From assembly GCF_004010195.1 (NCBI RefSeq), contig NC_057710.1, positions 91,581,928-91,645,927 on the forward strand: a DNA stretch of 64,000 nucleotides, read 5' to 3'. The stretch is from Chiloscyllium plagiosum. Its lineage: Eukaryota. The notes beneath the pieces are model-generated. The model searched no databases. It was not told the origin of the DNA and was given only the letters and a program-made list of their open reading frames with translations. Shown one piece after another: positions 40,218 through 53,460 of this stretch (its first letter is position 1; each line of letters starts with the position of its first letter). Position numbers and translations under genes: made by a program.

Positions 40218-40411
40218 ATAGTATAGAGGTGCCGGTGTTGGACTGGGGTGGACAAAGTTAAAAATCACACAACACCAAGTTATAGACCAACAGGTTTATT
40301 TGGAAGTACAAGTTTTTGGAGCACTTCTCCTTCGTCAGGAGCAGCACTCTGAAAGCTTGTGTTTCCAAGTAAACCTATTGGACTATAACCTGGGATTGTG
40401 TGATTTTTAAC
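40218..40411. mobile_element. Palindromic Penelope-like insertion
   Basis: Inverted arms agttaaaaatcacacaac... / ...ttgtgtgatttttaact; approximate 11-bp TSD taagtacacaa (40207-40217) / taaatacacaa (40412-40422). Confidence 0.8.
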
Positions 40412-41699
40412 TAAATACACAACCATCTCGGTGGAGGTAAGAAATACGGTGAAGTAGTACTGACAAGGTAAGAATGTTGAAACTTATCACAATGAAGATA
40501 GTCATCAGTTAACATAAATATGTGTTATTTGACATAAAAACTGATTATATTTGATTATGTTAGTTGGTAATTTGCAAGTTGCCTTCTCGGGTGACCAAGG
40601 ATACTGAAATGCTAACTTCTTCATGTGAAGTTCAAGAAATGTTTTTGTGGTGTTCTGTGACTTCTTCTGCACTGGACTGGCTCTTTAACTAAGCAGATTT
40701 TGACTGTTGAATTGGGACAGCATCATGTCAACTGCTGCATATTCAACACGAAAACAAGAAGCTGTATTATTATGAGGTGGCTCATGGAAATAACTATCTG
40801 ACACACTGAAAACACTTCCAGTTCGGCCTCTCAACAGGAGACAACCCCTCTACTGAGTGACTGTCCAAGTAAACATCAGTCAAACATTCTGAAGAGCTTT
40901 TTCTAAATAAAAGGTTGAAGATTACCTAGGTTGAGTGTGCCTGAAACAAAGGTGAGCAAAATCTGACGGTTAAAAGAACAGAAGGTCTGGTGTTGCAGAA
41001 AGAATGTAAATAGTCAACACTATGGCAACACTTGACTGACGATTCCAGCATGGAGCCCCAGCAAAACAAATAGCTGGTCAATAGAAATCTCTTGGACAAC
41101 AAATGGGGACGACAGAAGATAGTGGTTATGATTTTAAAAGTCAGCTGTTCAAACATTATAGAAGCATCCTTGATTCAAGCTTCATTAGTTGCCGTTCACC
41201 ACAGGCCAGAGGCAGGTATTTCACTGGCTATTGCACAGTTTTCAACTCAGTTCATAAATCTACAATAACAATGCAGTACCTGACAGCAGACTGCAGACCA
41301 TGATGACAGCCAGACCAATCTCCAAGGCTCTAGCATGTAATAATATTGTAACTATTTACCTGGATGAAAGTGTTTGCAACAAAACACAAGATGCATCAGA
41401 CAATCCTGGATAAAGCATTCACTTGACCAGGGCTCTCTCCACCTGAATCAACGTCCACTTTGAATGTATCTCCTTCATCACTGAGACATTACGTTCTCAG
41501 TATGAATAATGCAAAGATGCACTTCAACAATTTAACAGTGATCCATTGTCTCTCTCTCTCTATCTCTCTCAAGATATGTTACCAAAATCAACATGTGCAA
41601 CAGTGTTGCAGGAGCATCACCCACTTCAAATGATGTGTTTACAGCAGTTCAGGGCAAAATACTATCCATTTCCCTAAGTATTTTAGAGACGAACAATGA

Positions 41700-42330
41700 A
41701 TATGGTTTAGTCAGCATTGCTCAAATACCATGATGTAGTAAAAAGTAATTTCCCATAGTCTAACATATGGAGCAATAAATGCATTTCAGCAGTATCTAGC
41801 TTTGTTTTTAAAGACATTGCAAAGGACAAAATTCCAGATGCTATCAAATCTGAGTGAGTTCCAAAGTTTGAAGAAACAGTGAATAATGATTTGTTGCTGA
41901 TATTTTGTTCAGATTTTTGAATAAACACATGTTGAAATGCAACCGCAGCTGCTCCTGTTTGTAGATCAACCTGACTTACAGATGAGGAATGCTTGTCAGG
42001 ATCATAAAGAGGCACAACTATCCAATCATGATGTGATGGACAGTGGATTCTGGCAATCAATTACTTTCAATGACTTCAGGTTTTGAACTGGTTTCCATCC
42101 AAGAACAAGCAGTGTTTCTTTCTGAAGCCTGGCAAACATGGCAGTGAGAGTCCATCATTGACTAACATTAGGTTTTGGGACATAGATTTTGTGGATAGCA
42201 ATGAGGCAAGATAAAAGTTAGTATTTCGTTGATGTACTGATTTGTTCCAAATCCACAAAGTTATTAAAAATCTTCAGACACATTTGCCAAAATATTTAAA
42301 ATGTCAGAAGAATAGTCCCAATATATCACT
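41700..42330 (-). mobile_element. Possible very old hAT (Charlie-like) transposase C-terminal remnant
   Basis: Weak motif echoes in order: DYSSDIL, DWIVVPL, SLKTKL, LLFTTSWYL. Confidence 0.3.
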
Positions 42331-43967
42331 TATATGCAATCTAAATTTGCATGTCAAGTTTCCTTTTCACACTTACACCTCTCATAACTTTGCCTTTCCA
42401 CCAGGGTTTCAGTCATTCACAAAGTCTAATAGAATCATGAAGGTTTGTGGAAGAGGAAAGAGTAATTCATTAAATCTGTGCCAGCACTGTTGTACTATGG
42501 GAAGGATTCAAGACCAGTTAGCTCTGCATTTAAGACATTTACATAACACCATGACGTCATGTTCTGGTATAAAAAGGTACTAACCTCGACATCAGACACT
42601 GCGTGTAGCAGAGTAGGCAGTCAGCTATGCCTAAATCATGTAAAGTTACATTAGTCAGCACAGAAGCCAGATTGTGTGGAAGCCTATGATATTATTTAAG
42701 TGTAAGTAGTTAACAAACTGCAAGACATCTGTCTCAGCAAGAATCCGACTCTTCATATTGTATGTTGTAGGGACTAACATATGGAAAAATCATACAACAC
42801 ATCCATCAGTTCCTTAGAAAAATCCAACAGTGATGCCACTACGCTGTAATCTTATTACAGCTATGTGCTTTTCTCCCTTTAATATGTTTATCCAATTTTG
42901 TTTTGAATAATGAAATTGTCTATGCTTAAGCAGTTCATATGTCAAGACATTGCATATTCCAAAGACCTCATGCCAAGAGGTAAGTTATTATGGCAATCCA
43001 CTGTTTCCACCTACAGTCATCCTTAGAGGGGTAGCAGAAGAATACATCAGAGCTGTCCACCCTGTGCCAAGAATGTTTGATTTCACGTTTGGCTGTATTC
43101 TAAAAGGAGACAATTTATTCCATAGCTGCACCTTTTGATCACTTTTTTTTCATTTGAGGCATCCCTGAATAGCCTTCTGTGCTGCATTGCCTCCCACACC
43201 TAATTACCCCTCCCTTCCCCAATCCTTCATCCCCACCCCACAGATACCAAGTTGATATATTGGGTCAGCTTCCAACCAGCCAAATCCACTGTGAATGTGA
43301 ATACTGTGGTCAGGCCAGACATAGAAGTTAATGATGAATAGATTTCCATTACATTTAAACCCCCAAGATGTTTTGATGTATTCTACATGAAAGCAATTCA
43401 AAAAACATTTGAGGTCATTGACACATGTAGCAGTGAACTAAATGCCTAATGTTTTACATTTATTTTGCCTTACAAATCACGTCAGACTAGTAACACCATT
43501 CTTGTCTGTATCATAGTGTTGTCTGAAGTCGAGATAAAGATTGATCTCCAAAGCTGTGTTCTTGGGGAATTATATCTTGTATCTGCATTGAAAATCACCA
43601 AACCATATGGTTGTAATATAATTCATGCTGTTCCTGCCATTTTCATTGAGTTGTTTTTCGATTTACCCCAAGTCTTCCCTACGATTGTTGCTCACTGATA
43701 TGTGACGACAATGAGTTTTGAATCTTGCAGTTTTATAATTCCTGTTGCCACTGATGATCTATCACTCAGAGAAACTCATAAATACTCTAAATGATGCAGC
43801 TTCTTAAAGTTGTGTGCAGTCATTTGAATATGCAACTACCGTTCACAAAAATGCTCATTATTTATGAGATGCACTTCATGTACAAAAGAAGCAACAATAG
43901 CAGATGTGGAGAAAGGAATAAATCATTTTACAGCTCAACAGAACACTAATGGTAGTAACTTCCCATT

Positions 43968-45955
43968 AGTCATAGAGTCATACAGCACAGAAACTGACCC
44001 TTTGGCCCAAATCATCCGTACCAACCAGGCTCCTTGAACTGAGCTAGTCCTATTTGCCTGTGTTTGTTCCATATGCGTCTAAACCTTTAATATCCCTATA
44101 CCTGTACAAATGTCTTTTAAATATTAACATTATACATGGCTCCACTACTTTGGCAGCTCATTCCATATATGCACCATCCTCTCTGTGAAAATGTTGCCCC
44201 TCAGCTCCCTTTAAAATCTTTCCCTTCTTACCTTAAGCCTATGATGTCTAGTTTTACACTCCGCCACCCTACGAAAAAGAACCTGGCTCTTCATCCTATC
44301 CATGTCCCTCATGATTTTATAAACCTCCATAAGGTCACTCCTCAGCCTCCTACACTCCAGGGAAAAAAAGAAGTCCCAATGTATCTAGTCTCTCCTTTAT
44401 ACCTCAACCCTTCAGTCTCAGTAATATCTTTGTAAGATTTTTTTCTTTGCACCCTTTCCAGTTTAATAATATCCTACCCATAGCAGGGTAACCAGCAATG
44501 TATATAGTGCTCCAAGTGTGGCCTTATCAATGTGTTGTGCAACCGTAACATAATGTCCTACCTCCTGTACTTAATGTTCTAAATGCTGAAAGTAAGCATG
44601 GCAAATGCCTTCTTCACTACTTCATCTACCTGTGACACCACTTTCAAAGAACTATGTACCTGCACGTCTAGGTCTCTCTGTCTGACAACACTCCCCAGGG
44701 CCCTACTATTTACTGTGTGAGTTTTGTCCTACTTTGACCAAAATGCAACAACTCGCATTTATCTGCATTAAACTGCATCTGTCATTTCTCAGTCGCCTGG
44801 CCCAGTTGATCAAGATCCTGTTGTACTCTTAGATAACTTCTTCATTGTCCACTATACCAAGAATTTTGGCATCATCCACAAACTTAGTAACCATGCGTCC
44901 TATATTTTTATCTGAACTATTTACATAGCTGATGATCAAAAGTGGACTCACCACTAGCCCTTGTGGCACAGCGCTGGTCACAGGCCTCCAGTCTGAACAA
45001 TAATACTCTACCACCACCCACTGACCTCCACCGTCAAGCCAATTTTCTATCCAATTGGCTAGCTACCCCTGGATCCCATATGATCTAACTTTACTAACAA
45101 GTCTACCACGGAAATTTGTCAAAGTCCTTGTTAAAGACAATGTAGACAATGTCTACTGCTCTGCCTTCATCTATCCTCTTGGTACCTGGTATAAAGAAGA
45201 GACACAATTTCCCACACAAAAAGTGATGCTGACTATCCCTAATCAGTGCTTTCCTTTCCAAGCATATAGATCGTTTCTCTCAGATTCCCCTCCAAAAAGT
45301 TATCCACCACTGACATTAGCCTCACCAATGTGTTGTTTCCTGGTTTTTCCTTGCAGAAGTTCTTAAATAACGACATAATATTAATGACCCTCCAGTCTTC
45401 CAGCACCTGAATTGTGGCTGTTGAAGATACAAATATCTCTGCTAGGGACCCCACAATTTCATCCATTTCTTCCCACAATGTCCTGGAATACACTTATAGT
45501 CATAAATTCACACAACATGGAAACACACCGTTCGGTCCAACTCATCCGTGCTGACCAGACATCCCAATTTCACCTAGTCCCATTTCCCAGCATTTGGCCC
45601 ATATCCTTCTAAACCCTTCCTATTCATATACCCACCCAAATGCCTCTTAAATGTTGCAATTCCTCTGGCAGCTTATTCCATACGTGCACCACCCTAATCG
45701 TGAAAACGTTATTCCTCGGATCCCTTTTAAATCTTTCCCCCTTCACCTTAAACCTATGTCTCTTGTTTTAGACTTGCCCCACCCTTGAACAAAGACCTTG
45801 TCTATTCACCCCATCCATGCCCCTTATAAACCTCTACAAGGTTCCCCCTAACCTCTAATGCTCCAGGGAAAATAGCCCCAGCTCTTTCAGCCTCTCCCTA
45901 TAGCTCAAACCCTCCAAACCTTGAAAATCTTTTCTGCACCCTGTCACATTTAACA
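43968..45955 (-). mobile_element. CR1 LINE fragments (two 3' ends plus RT region)
   Basis: Tails gtcatagagtcatacagcacagaaac (43969) and ~45500; WRPVTSAVPQG...KFVDDAK. Confidence 0.9.
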
Positions 45956-45962
45956 ACAATTT

Positions 45963-46710
45963 GGAGATGCTGGTGTTGGACTGGAGTGTACAAAGTTAAA
46001 AAACACACACAACACCAGGTTATAGTCCAACAGGTTTATTTGGAAGCACTGGCTTTGGGAGCGCTGCTCCTTCATCAGGTGGTTGTGGAGTATAAGATCG
46101 TAGGACACTGAATTTATAGGAAAAGCGTGGTGTAACTGAAATTATATATTGAAAAAGACCTGGATTGTTTGTTAAGTCACTCATCTTTTGAATTGGGCAT
46201 GTTGGTTTCAGTTCTTTCATATGTAAATCACAGAATTTTCTTAAAGTTACATCCCCAGATAATGCACTGAGGGTGTGAGGTGCCCTGTGTGAGGCTGTCT
46301 GTGCCACAATGTTCAGATTGATCCTAATCTAAAAAAGGGATTTACAGAATCTTACATGGATTCATGCAGTTTCTGAGAAAAATAAAATGTAAATCTATAA
46401 GTACAAATTCCCCCCACAAGCTTATGTATGTTTGTGTGTGTGTGCATGCGGGCAGGGGTGTATGTGGGAGAGTGTGTGTATGTGTAAATTGGTATAAGTC
46501 TGTGGGAGTGGGCATGTGTGAATGTGGGAGTGGATGTGTGAGCATACGTGAGAGTGTGTGTGTCTGTGTGTGTGTGTGTTGTGATCCCCATGGGTAATGC
46601 AGTCGGCTATCAGCCTCTGCTCGGCCACTTTACGCCGTTGCCTGTCCCAAAGTCCACCTTGGAGGATGTTCACCCGAAGGTCCGAGGTCGAATGTCCCAG
46701 ACCACTGAAT
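45963..46710 (-). mobile_element. Penelope-like element 3' part (GIY-YIG C-terminus, CA-rich tract, terminal repeat)
   Basis: FSGLGHSTSDLRVNILQGGLWDRQRRKVAEQRLIA; hammerhead ctgatgaaggagcagcgctcccaaagcc with GAAA changed to CAAA at ~46046-46080. Confidence 0.85.
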
Positions 46711-47598
46711 GAAAAAATAATCAATACCAAAAGATGGCTTCATTCATAACCCTTCAAAACCCAGTTAGTTGTCTAAACACACATACACTGTACTAACTAT
46801 AAACATGCAAACATGCACAACCACGTGCAAATTCAGGCCATGGTACACCCACCACCGGACACCTCCGTATCTCATTGATAAATGCATCAGCAATCACGTT
46901 TTTGCGACCTGCCACATGCATAATTGTCAAAGTGAATGGCTGCAACAACAAGCTCCATCTAAACAGTCTGGCATTTTTGTCCTTAAATCTTTCCACAAAT
47001 GTCAATGGGTTGTGATTAGTGTATACGATTGTGTATCTGATGCATTGCTGGGAATATAAACACGGAAATATTGTAATGCCAACACCAAGCTTAAAGACTC
47101 TTTGTCCACTGTTGAATATTTCTATTGATGAACGTTCAACTTCCTGGAAAAATACCTGATGGGTCTTCCTCTTCCCTCGTCATCTTCCTGCAGGAGCACT
47201 GCACCGACACCCACATCACTGCCATTGATAGCCACCTTGAAAGATTTTGTGTAATCTGGTGTGGCTCACACTGGGGCAGTGGTTAACATCGTTTTTAGGC
47301 TGTTAACTGCCTTTTGACAGTCCGCTGTACACTGAAACTTCTTGCCTTTTTTAATAATTCAGTGAGTGGCGCAGCCGCACTATTAAAGTTTGACACAACT
47401 TTCGGTAAAATCCACTCAATCCCAGGAACAATTGTACTGCTTTATTCGTCGACAGTGTGGGAAATTTGCCAGTTGCTTTCATTTTCACATCCCATGGAGC
47501 CATTTGCCCATGTACAATAACATGGCCCAGGAAGATGACTTGGGATTTGGCAAATTCACTTTTAGCTTGGTTTACCACCAAGCCTGCCTTCCGAAGTC

Positions 47599-48742
47599 AT
47601 AGAGTCATAGAGATGTTCAAGCCATTTGCCCATGTACAATAACATGGCCCAGGAAGATGACTTGGGATTTGGCAAATTCACTTTTAGCTTAGTTTACCAC
47701 GAAGCCTGCCTTCCGAAGTCATAGAGATGTTCAGCATGGAAACAGATCCTTCGGTCCAACCCGTCGATGCCGACCAGATATCCCAACCCAATCTAGTCCC
47801 ACCTGACAGCACCTGTCCCATATCCCTCCAAACCCTTCCTATTCATATACCCATCCAAATGCCTTTTCAATGTGGCAATTGTACCAGCCTCCACCACATC
47901 CTCTGGCAGCTCATTCCATACACGTACCACTCTCTGTGTGAAAAAGTTGCCCCTTAGGTCTCTTTTATATCTTTCCCCTCTCACCCCAAAACCTATGCCC
48001 TCGTGTTCTAGACTCCCGACCCCAGGGAAAAGACTTTGCCTATTTATCCTATCCATGCCCCTTATAATTTTGTATACCTCTATAAGGTCACCCCACAACC
48101 TCCAACGCTGCAAGGAAAACAGCTCCAACCTGTTAAGCCTCTACCTGGCAACATCTTTGTAAATCTTTTCTGAACCCTTTCAAGTTTCACAACATCTTTC
48201 CGATAGGAATGAGACCAGAATTGCATGCAACATTCCAACAGTGGCCTAACCAATGTCCTGTACAGCCACAACATAACCTCCCAACTTCTGTACTCAATAC
48301 TCTGACCAATAAAGGAAAGCATACCAAACACCTTCTTCAAAAAAGTAGAGGACCCAGCACCGATCCTTGTGGCACTCCATTGGTCCCAGGTCTTCAGTCT
48401 GAAAAACAACCCTCCACCACCACCCTCTGTCTTCTACCTTTGAGCCAGTTCTGTATCCAAATGGCTAGTTCTCCCTGTAATTCCATGAGATCTAACCTTG
48501 CTAATCAGTCTCCCATGGGGAACCTTGTCGAACGCCTTAATGAAGTCCATATAGATCACATCTACTGCTCTGCCCTCATCAATCTTCTTTGTTACTTCTT
48601 AAAAAAAACTCTGTCAAGTTTGCGAGACATGATTTCCCACGCACTAAGCCATGTTGACTATCCCTAATCAGTCCTTGCCTTTCCAAATACATGTATATGC
48701 TGTCCCTCTGGATTCCCTCTAATAACTTGCCCACCACTGCGG
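47599..48742 (-). mobile_element. CR1 LINE inserted in the Gypsy RT, with ~101-bp duplication at its 3' junction
   Basis: CR1 ORF2 motifs (ORFs 47793-48128, 48080-48409); Gypsy RT resumes RLRKAGLVVNQAKSEFA below 47598. Confidence 0.92.
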
Positions 48743-51700
48743 TCAGTTTGATAAATGCTGTAAATGTTCCTAAATGTTCCTTCCATGGGTGACTAAAAAT
48801 CACCAGGTCATCAATGTACACCACACAGTTGGGTAATCCGGCAATGACCTTATTAGTTAGTCTCTGAAATGTGGCTGGAGCGTTTTTCATACCAAATGGC
48901 ATGTGTTTGAACTGATACAGTCCATGTGGCATTACGAAAGCTGAAATAGCCTTTGCTCTCTCTGACAGAGGTACTTGGCAGTAGCCTCTGAGCAAGTCCA
49001 ACTTAGAAATGTAAGTTGCTTGACCCACTTTTTCGACACAGTCCTCCATCTGTGGAATTGGATATGCATCAGTCTTTGTAATGGGCTTGTCTTTGCGATA
49101 GTCCATACGTAACCATTGGGTACCATCTGGCTTTGGCACCATGACTATGGGTGAGCTCCAGCCACTGTAACTCACTTCAGCTATGCCATCTTAGAGCATG
49201 CATTCTATCTCCTTCTGAACCTCTGCCAGAGGGTTATGCGTATAAGGATGTTTCTTAATCAGAACAGCACTTCCTATATCTGCATCATGCACAATTAGGT
49301 CAGTCCTTCCCAACTTATTTCCGCATATCTCCCCATGTGATAGTAATAACTCTTTCAGGTCATTTTGTTTTTCTTGTGGAAGGTGCCTCAATAATTTATC
49401 CCAATTTTTGACAACTTCCGCATTGTCCAGTTTGATTTGAGGAATGTCCTACTCAGAATCCTCCTGAACTTGGTTCTTCCTTCTGTGCTGTAATCTCCTC
49501 TTGCTTTCCTTCGCTATCAAATTACCCTTTAAGCATATTCACACACAACAAAATCTGTGAGATTTCTTCCTGTCTGGAGTCCTGGTCAAGTAGTTTACCT
49601 CACTCAATTCCTTCTCGATTTGATAAGATCCTCTAAACCTTGCTTTTAAAGGCTCACCTGTTACTGGAAGTAGCACGAAAACCTTATCCCAATTGCCAAA
49701 TTGTGAATTTGTGATTTCTTATCTGCTTCCTGTTTCATTGTATGCTCTGATACTTTTAAATGCTGCCTGACCAACTCTCCAGCTCTATTTAATTGTTCTC
49801 TAAAATTTGACACATAGTCCAAATGGGTGGTCTCTTAATTCTGACTCATTAACTTCTCCTTAATCAATTTTAATGGTCCTCTTACTTCATGCCCAAAAAT
49901 TAATTCAAATCGACTGAGTTTGTTTGATTCACTCAATGCATCTCTGATTGCAAAAAGTACAAACAGAACTCCCTTATCCCAATCATCTGGATAATCCTGA
50001 CCATAAGCCCTCAACATGGTCTTTAGTGTTTGATACCATCTCTCTAGCGCTCTCTGCAATTCCGGTTTGTATGCGGTAGATTTAAATTGCTTTACTCCCA
50101 AGTTATCCATAACTTCCGTGAATAGTTTGGATGTGAAGTTTGATCCTTGATCTGACTGGCTCTCTATTGGTAATCCGTATCTAGTAAAAAAATTTAAGTA
50201 ATGCTTCTACAACATTTTTTGCTATGAATTTGCGTAATGGAATTGCCTCTGGAAATCTAGTCGATGCATCCATTATTGTTAATAAATACTTATTCCCACT
50301 TTTTGTTTGAGGTAGTTGACCTGTGGGATCAATGAAAGGTTCCTCAAATGCTGGAATAGGTATTAAATATGCAGATTTTATTACTGCCTGTAGTTTTCCG
50401 ATTAGCTGACATGTGTGGCATATCTGGCAAAATTCAACCACAACCTTGTGTAGTCCAGGCCAGTAAAAATATCTCTGTATTTTAGCCTGTGTTTTCCTCA
50501 CTCCTAAATGACCTCCAAGTGGGAGCTCCTGTGACACTTGCAGCATCTCCTTTCTATACCCTACTGGCAAAACAATTTGATGAATCTCTGCCCATTTCAC
50601 ATTTGCTTGAATGTATGATGGTCTCCATTTCCTCATTAAGATATCATTTGTTAAGTAATAAAACACAGGAAGCATTCACTTTCTTTCTTTGAAAATGCTT
50701 TTTGATATAACTGTTTTTCCTGATCTTTCTGCTGTAATTCAATCAACTTAGCAGAGCTAAAGATACTTGCATATTTACCTATTTGCTCCTGTTCTGTTCC
50801 ACTTATCTGATTGAGAAAAGGTCTCGGATAACACTATGTCAGCTTCCTTATCTGTGTCTTTTGATTTCTCCTGCCTCAGCTTGTGCCTCTGTGATCTTGT
50901 GATCACACAATCAGGGAAAATTCCTGGATAAACATTCTCCAGGTCTTCAGTTGCCTGCATCTCCACTGGCTTTTCAACTAGAGTAGGCAGCATACATACC
51001 GGTGAATCAGCTATATCATTTGTGAGGACAAATTGTATTCCTGGAGCTGAGAGTTTTGTCTAGTACTCTTACCACAAATTCTCCACTCTCCTCTAGACTC
51101 CCTAGCTTCAGTTTACATATTTCCTGTTACTAGCAGGCAATAGACCCTCAGGAGTGCATATCTCCTCATCCTTCAGCATTACAGACTGAGAGGATCCTGT
51201 GTCCCTTAATATTGTAATCTCTTGGCTTATATGAATAAACTTTACTCTTGGATGGATATTTTTAAGCAGATCTGGCACTTCCTCCTTAATCAACCTCTGA
51301 TTATCTTGGTACACTCTGAGGCAGTTGTCAAACTTCCCTTATGCTTTTTGTTACTAGTCCAATAAAACTTCCAGGTCTTGTCCTATTTTCCTACATCTGG
51401 CTTTCTCCTCGTCCACCAACACTGATTTTGTGTGGCCCACTTCATTACAATGAAAACAACTAAGCTTTTTAAATTCTTTGTCCCCCACAAGGATTTCTTT
51501 TTTACCCTGTGATAAGTTATCTTCACTGAGATCTACCTTTCTCTTTCAACGTGAGGATTTCTCTTTGCCCCAATTTCTATCCGTCATGGACTGAAATTGA
51601 TTCTGGAAGCCAAATCGAGTTTTATGGACCACTCATAATCATCAGCCATTTCAGCTGTTAACCTTGCTGCATTAACTATCTGTTCTTCCACATGAGTTTG

Positions 51701-52556
51701 CATTACTTCCTCATTGAGCCTATCCTCAGCCTTTATCTCCAGCCTTTTAAGCTGACTTTCCTTTTTAAGTACTGGTTTTTGAAGTTCAAAAGCTCTCTCT
51801 TTTTCTTACTCTGCTTTCTCTTTTGTCCTCTGTTCTGCTGCTCTCTCTTTTTCCCTCTAGATGTCACAAAGCTAGTCCCTTTTTTTCTCAAAGCTGTTCC
51901 TTGGCCCAAGGAGACTCTGCCCTTTTTTTTCAGAGGGATAATAAACCTGGCCAGGCTCTGATCAGTCTGGTTTGGTACAGAGATGAAAAGGATTTTGAGA
52001 GGCCCTTTATTTACATGTAAACAGATGAGACTTCAGGCCAAAGGGATCATGTCATAGAAGTGACCTGTATAAAGAAAGAGGAATGATCAGCTGTCCAGCT
52101 AGCTGAGCTGAGCAGTTTAGTTCAGTCTTGAACTGGTTGGAAGTTCAACAGGGAGCTATGTGGAAACTTTCTCTCTTCTGTTTTTAGTCGTAATTCAAGA
52201 TATTTCATTCCTGCTGCCCTTTCTTTATCTCTCACCTCTAACTCAAGCTGCTTCATTTACAATTGAATTCTTGCCATCTCTATAGATTCTGATGGTTACT
52301 CCAGCAAGTTTAAATGCTGAGGTACTGCTGTAATTATCTCTCCTTTCCTCACAGAAGCAGGCAGTTTCAATTCTAGCTTCTCTGCTAATTCTTGCAACTT
52401 AGTCTTATTCACTTTTTACAAAACTTCCAAAGTCACTGCATCCACATCCAGAAAACTTTTGGCAACTGAAACAGCCATTCCTATCCCAAGCTTTGTCTAC
52501 CTAACCAAGCCAACACCCGAAATAAAGATACTAGCACCTACCACTCACAGTGTAAA

Positions 52557-52574
52557 ATCCTGGACGAGATTCCA
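52557..52574 (-). promoter_or_regulatory. Primer-binding site, tRNA-Pro type
   Basis: TGGAATCTCGTCCAGGAT, 14/18 match to TGGGGGCTCGTCCGGGAT, 3 nt inside the LTR end. Confidence 0.7.
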
Positions 52575-52980
52575 ATCTGTTATGGACTAAGCCAGACCAC
52601 TCAAAACATTCTTAAGCAGGCAGCCCCAGACCATAACTTTGTAATTTGTTTTGTTAAATGTACAGTCAAAATTACCCAGATTACTTTAGCTAGGTTGACT
52701 ACTAGATTTTAAAACAGACAAAAATCTATTCACAAAATTACACATTGAAACACAAAAAAAAGAATAAAGAACCCCTACAGAGCTCAGTCTATCCAAACTA
52801 GACTTATTATGCTGTTCCGAATATACACAACAGTCCCAATAAGTAAACTCCCTTTTCAAACCAGTGTAAATGGAACACATGCTTACTGGTTGAAATTGAA
52901 GGGAAGAAAAGAGAGAGTTTCCAAACAGCTCCCTGTTGAACTTCCAACTAGTTCCAGACTGAATTAAACTGCTCAGCTCA

Positions 52981-53220
52981 GTTTTGGTGTCATCTGGAAA
53001 CTTACTAACCATTTCTCCTGTATTCACATCCAAATAATTTATATAAATGATGAGAAGCAGTGGACCCCAGCACTGATTCTTGTGGCACACCACGGGTCAT
53101 AATCCAAAAACTATTCCTCCACCATCACTCTCAGTCTCCAACCTTCAAGCCAATTTTGTATTGACTCAGGGATTTATTACCCTTTTAAGACCCCCAACAT
53201 CTCCTGTTCTGTAACGTGGA
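52981..53220 (-). mobile_element. CR1 RT fragment truncating the LTR
   Basis: GPLLLIIYINYLDVNTGEMVSKFPDDTK. Confidence 0.75.
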
Positions 53221-53460
53221 CTTTTTAATGGCTATTTTAAAATATTTCTACTTTACTGGACAATTCCATTCAGACTCCTTCTCAGCAAAGTTATAACTAA
53301 AGCATTTTTGTTTTCCACCTTTCGATACATACACTTCTGGTTTTGAAGGAAAACCATTTTGGAAATCGAGATTTTTTTTCACATTCTTTTGTGTGCATTA
53401 TTGTCTTTTGTTGATAGGTTATTATCATGACCATCATGGCTGGTTTGAGGGTATGTTAAC

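Larger units (their letters stand above)
46711..52980 (-). mobile_element. Decayed Gmr1-like Ty3/Gypsy LTR retrotransposon (gag-PR-INT-RT-RH)
   Basis: Partial 5' LTR ending ...CA at 52578; PBS; gag ATG 52478; knuckle CFHCNEVGH at ~51430-51458; PR ILRDTGSS; INT GGHLG..CxxC, SDQGSNF; RT YIDD; RH HVAGRKNVIADA. Many stops and frameshifts; no 3' LTR seen. Confidence 0.9.

Noticed and set aside
46342..46597. His/Thr- and Cys/Val-rich ORFs (also 36027-36497, 56146-56355)
   Set aside because: Translations of (CA)n/(TG)n tracts.
48579..49175. 198-aa ORF fusing Gypsy RT in frame to CR1 RT
   Set aside because: Chance read-through across an insertion junction; both parents are broken and the ORF ends in a frameshift.
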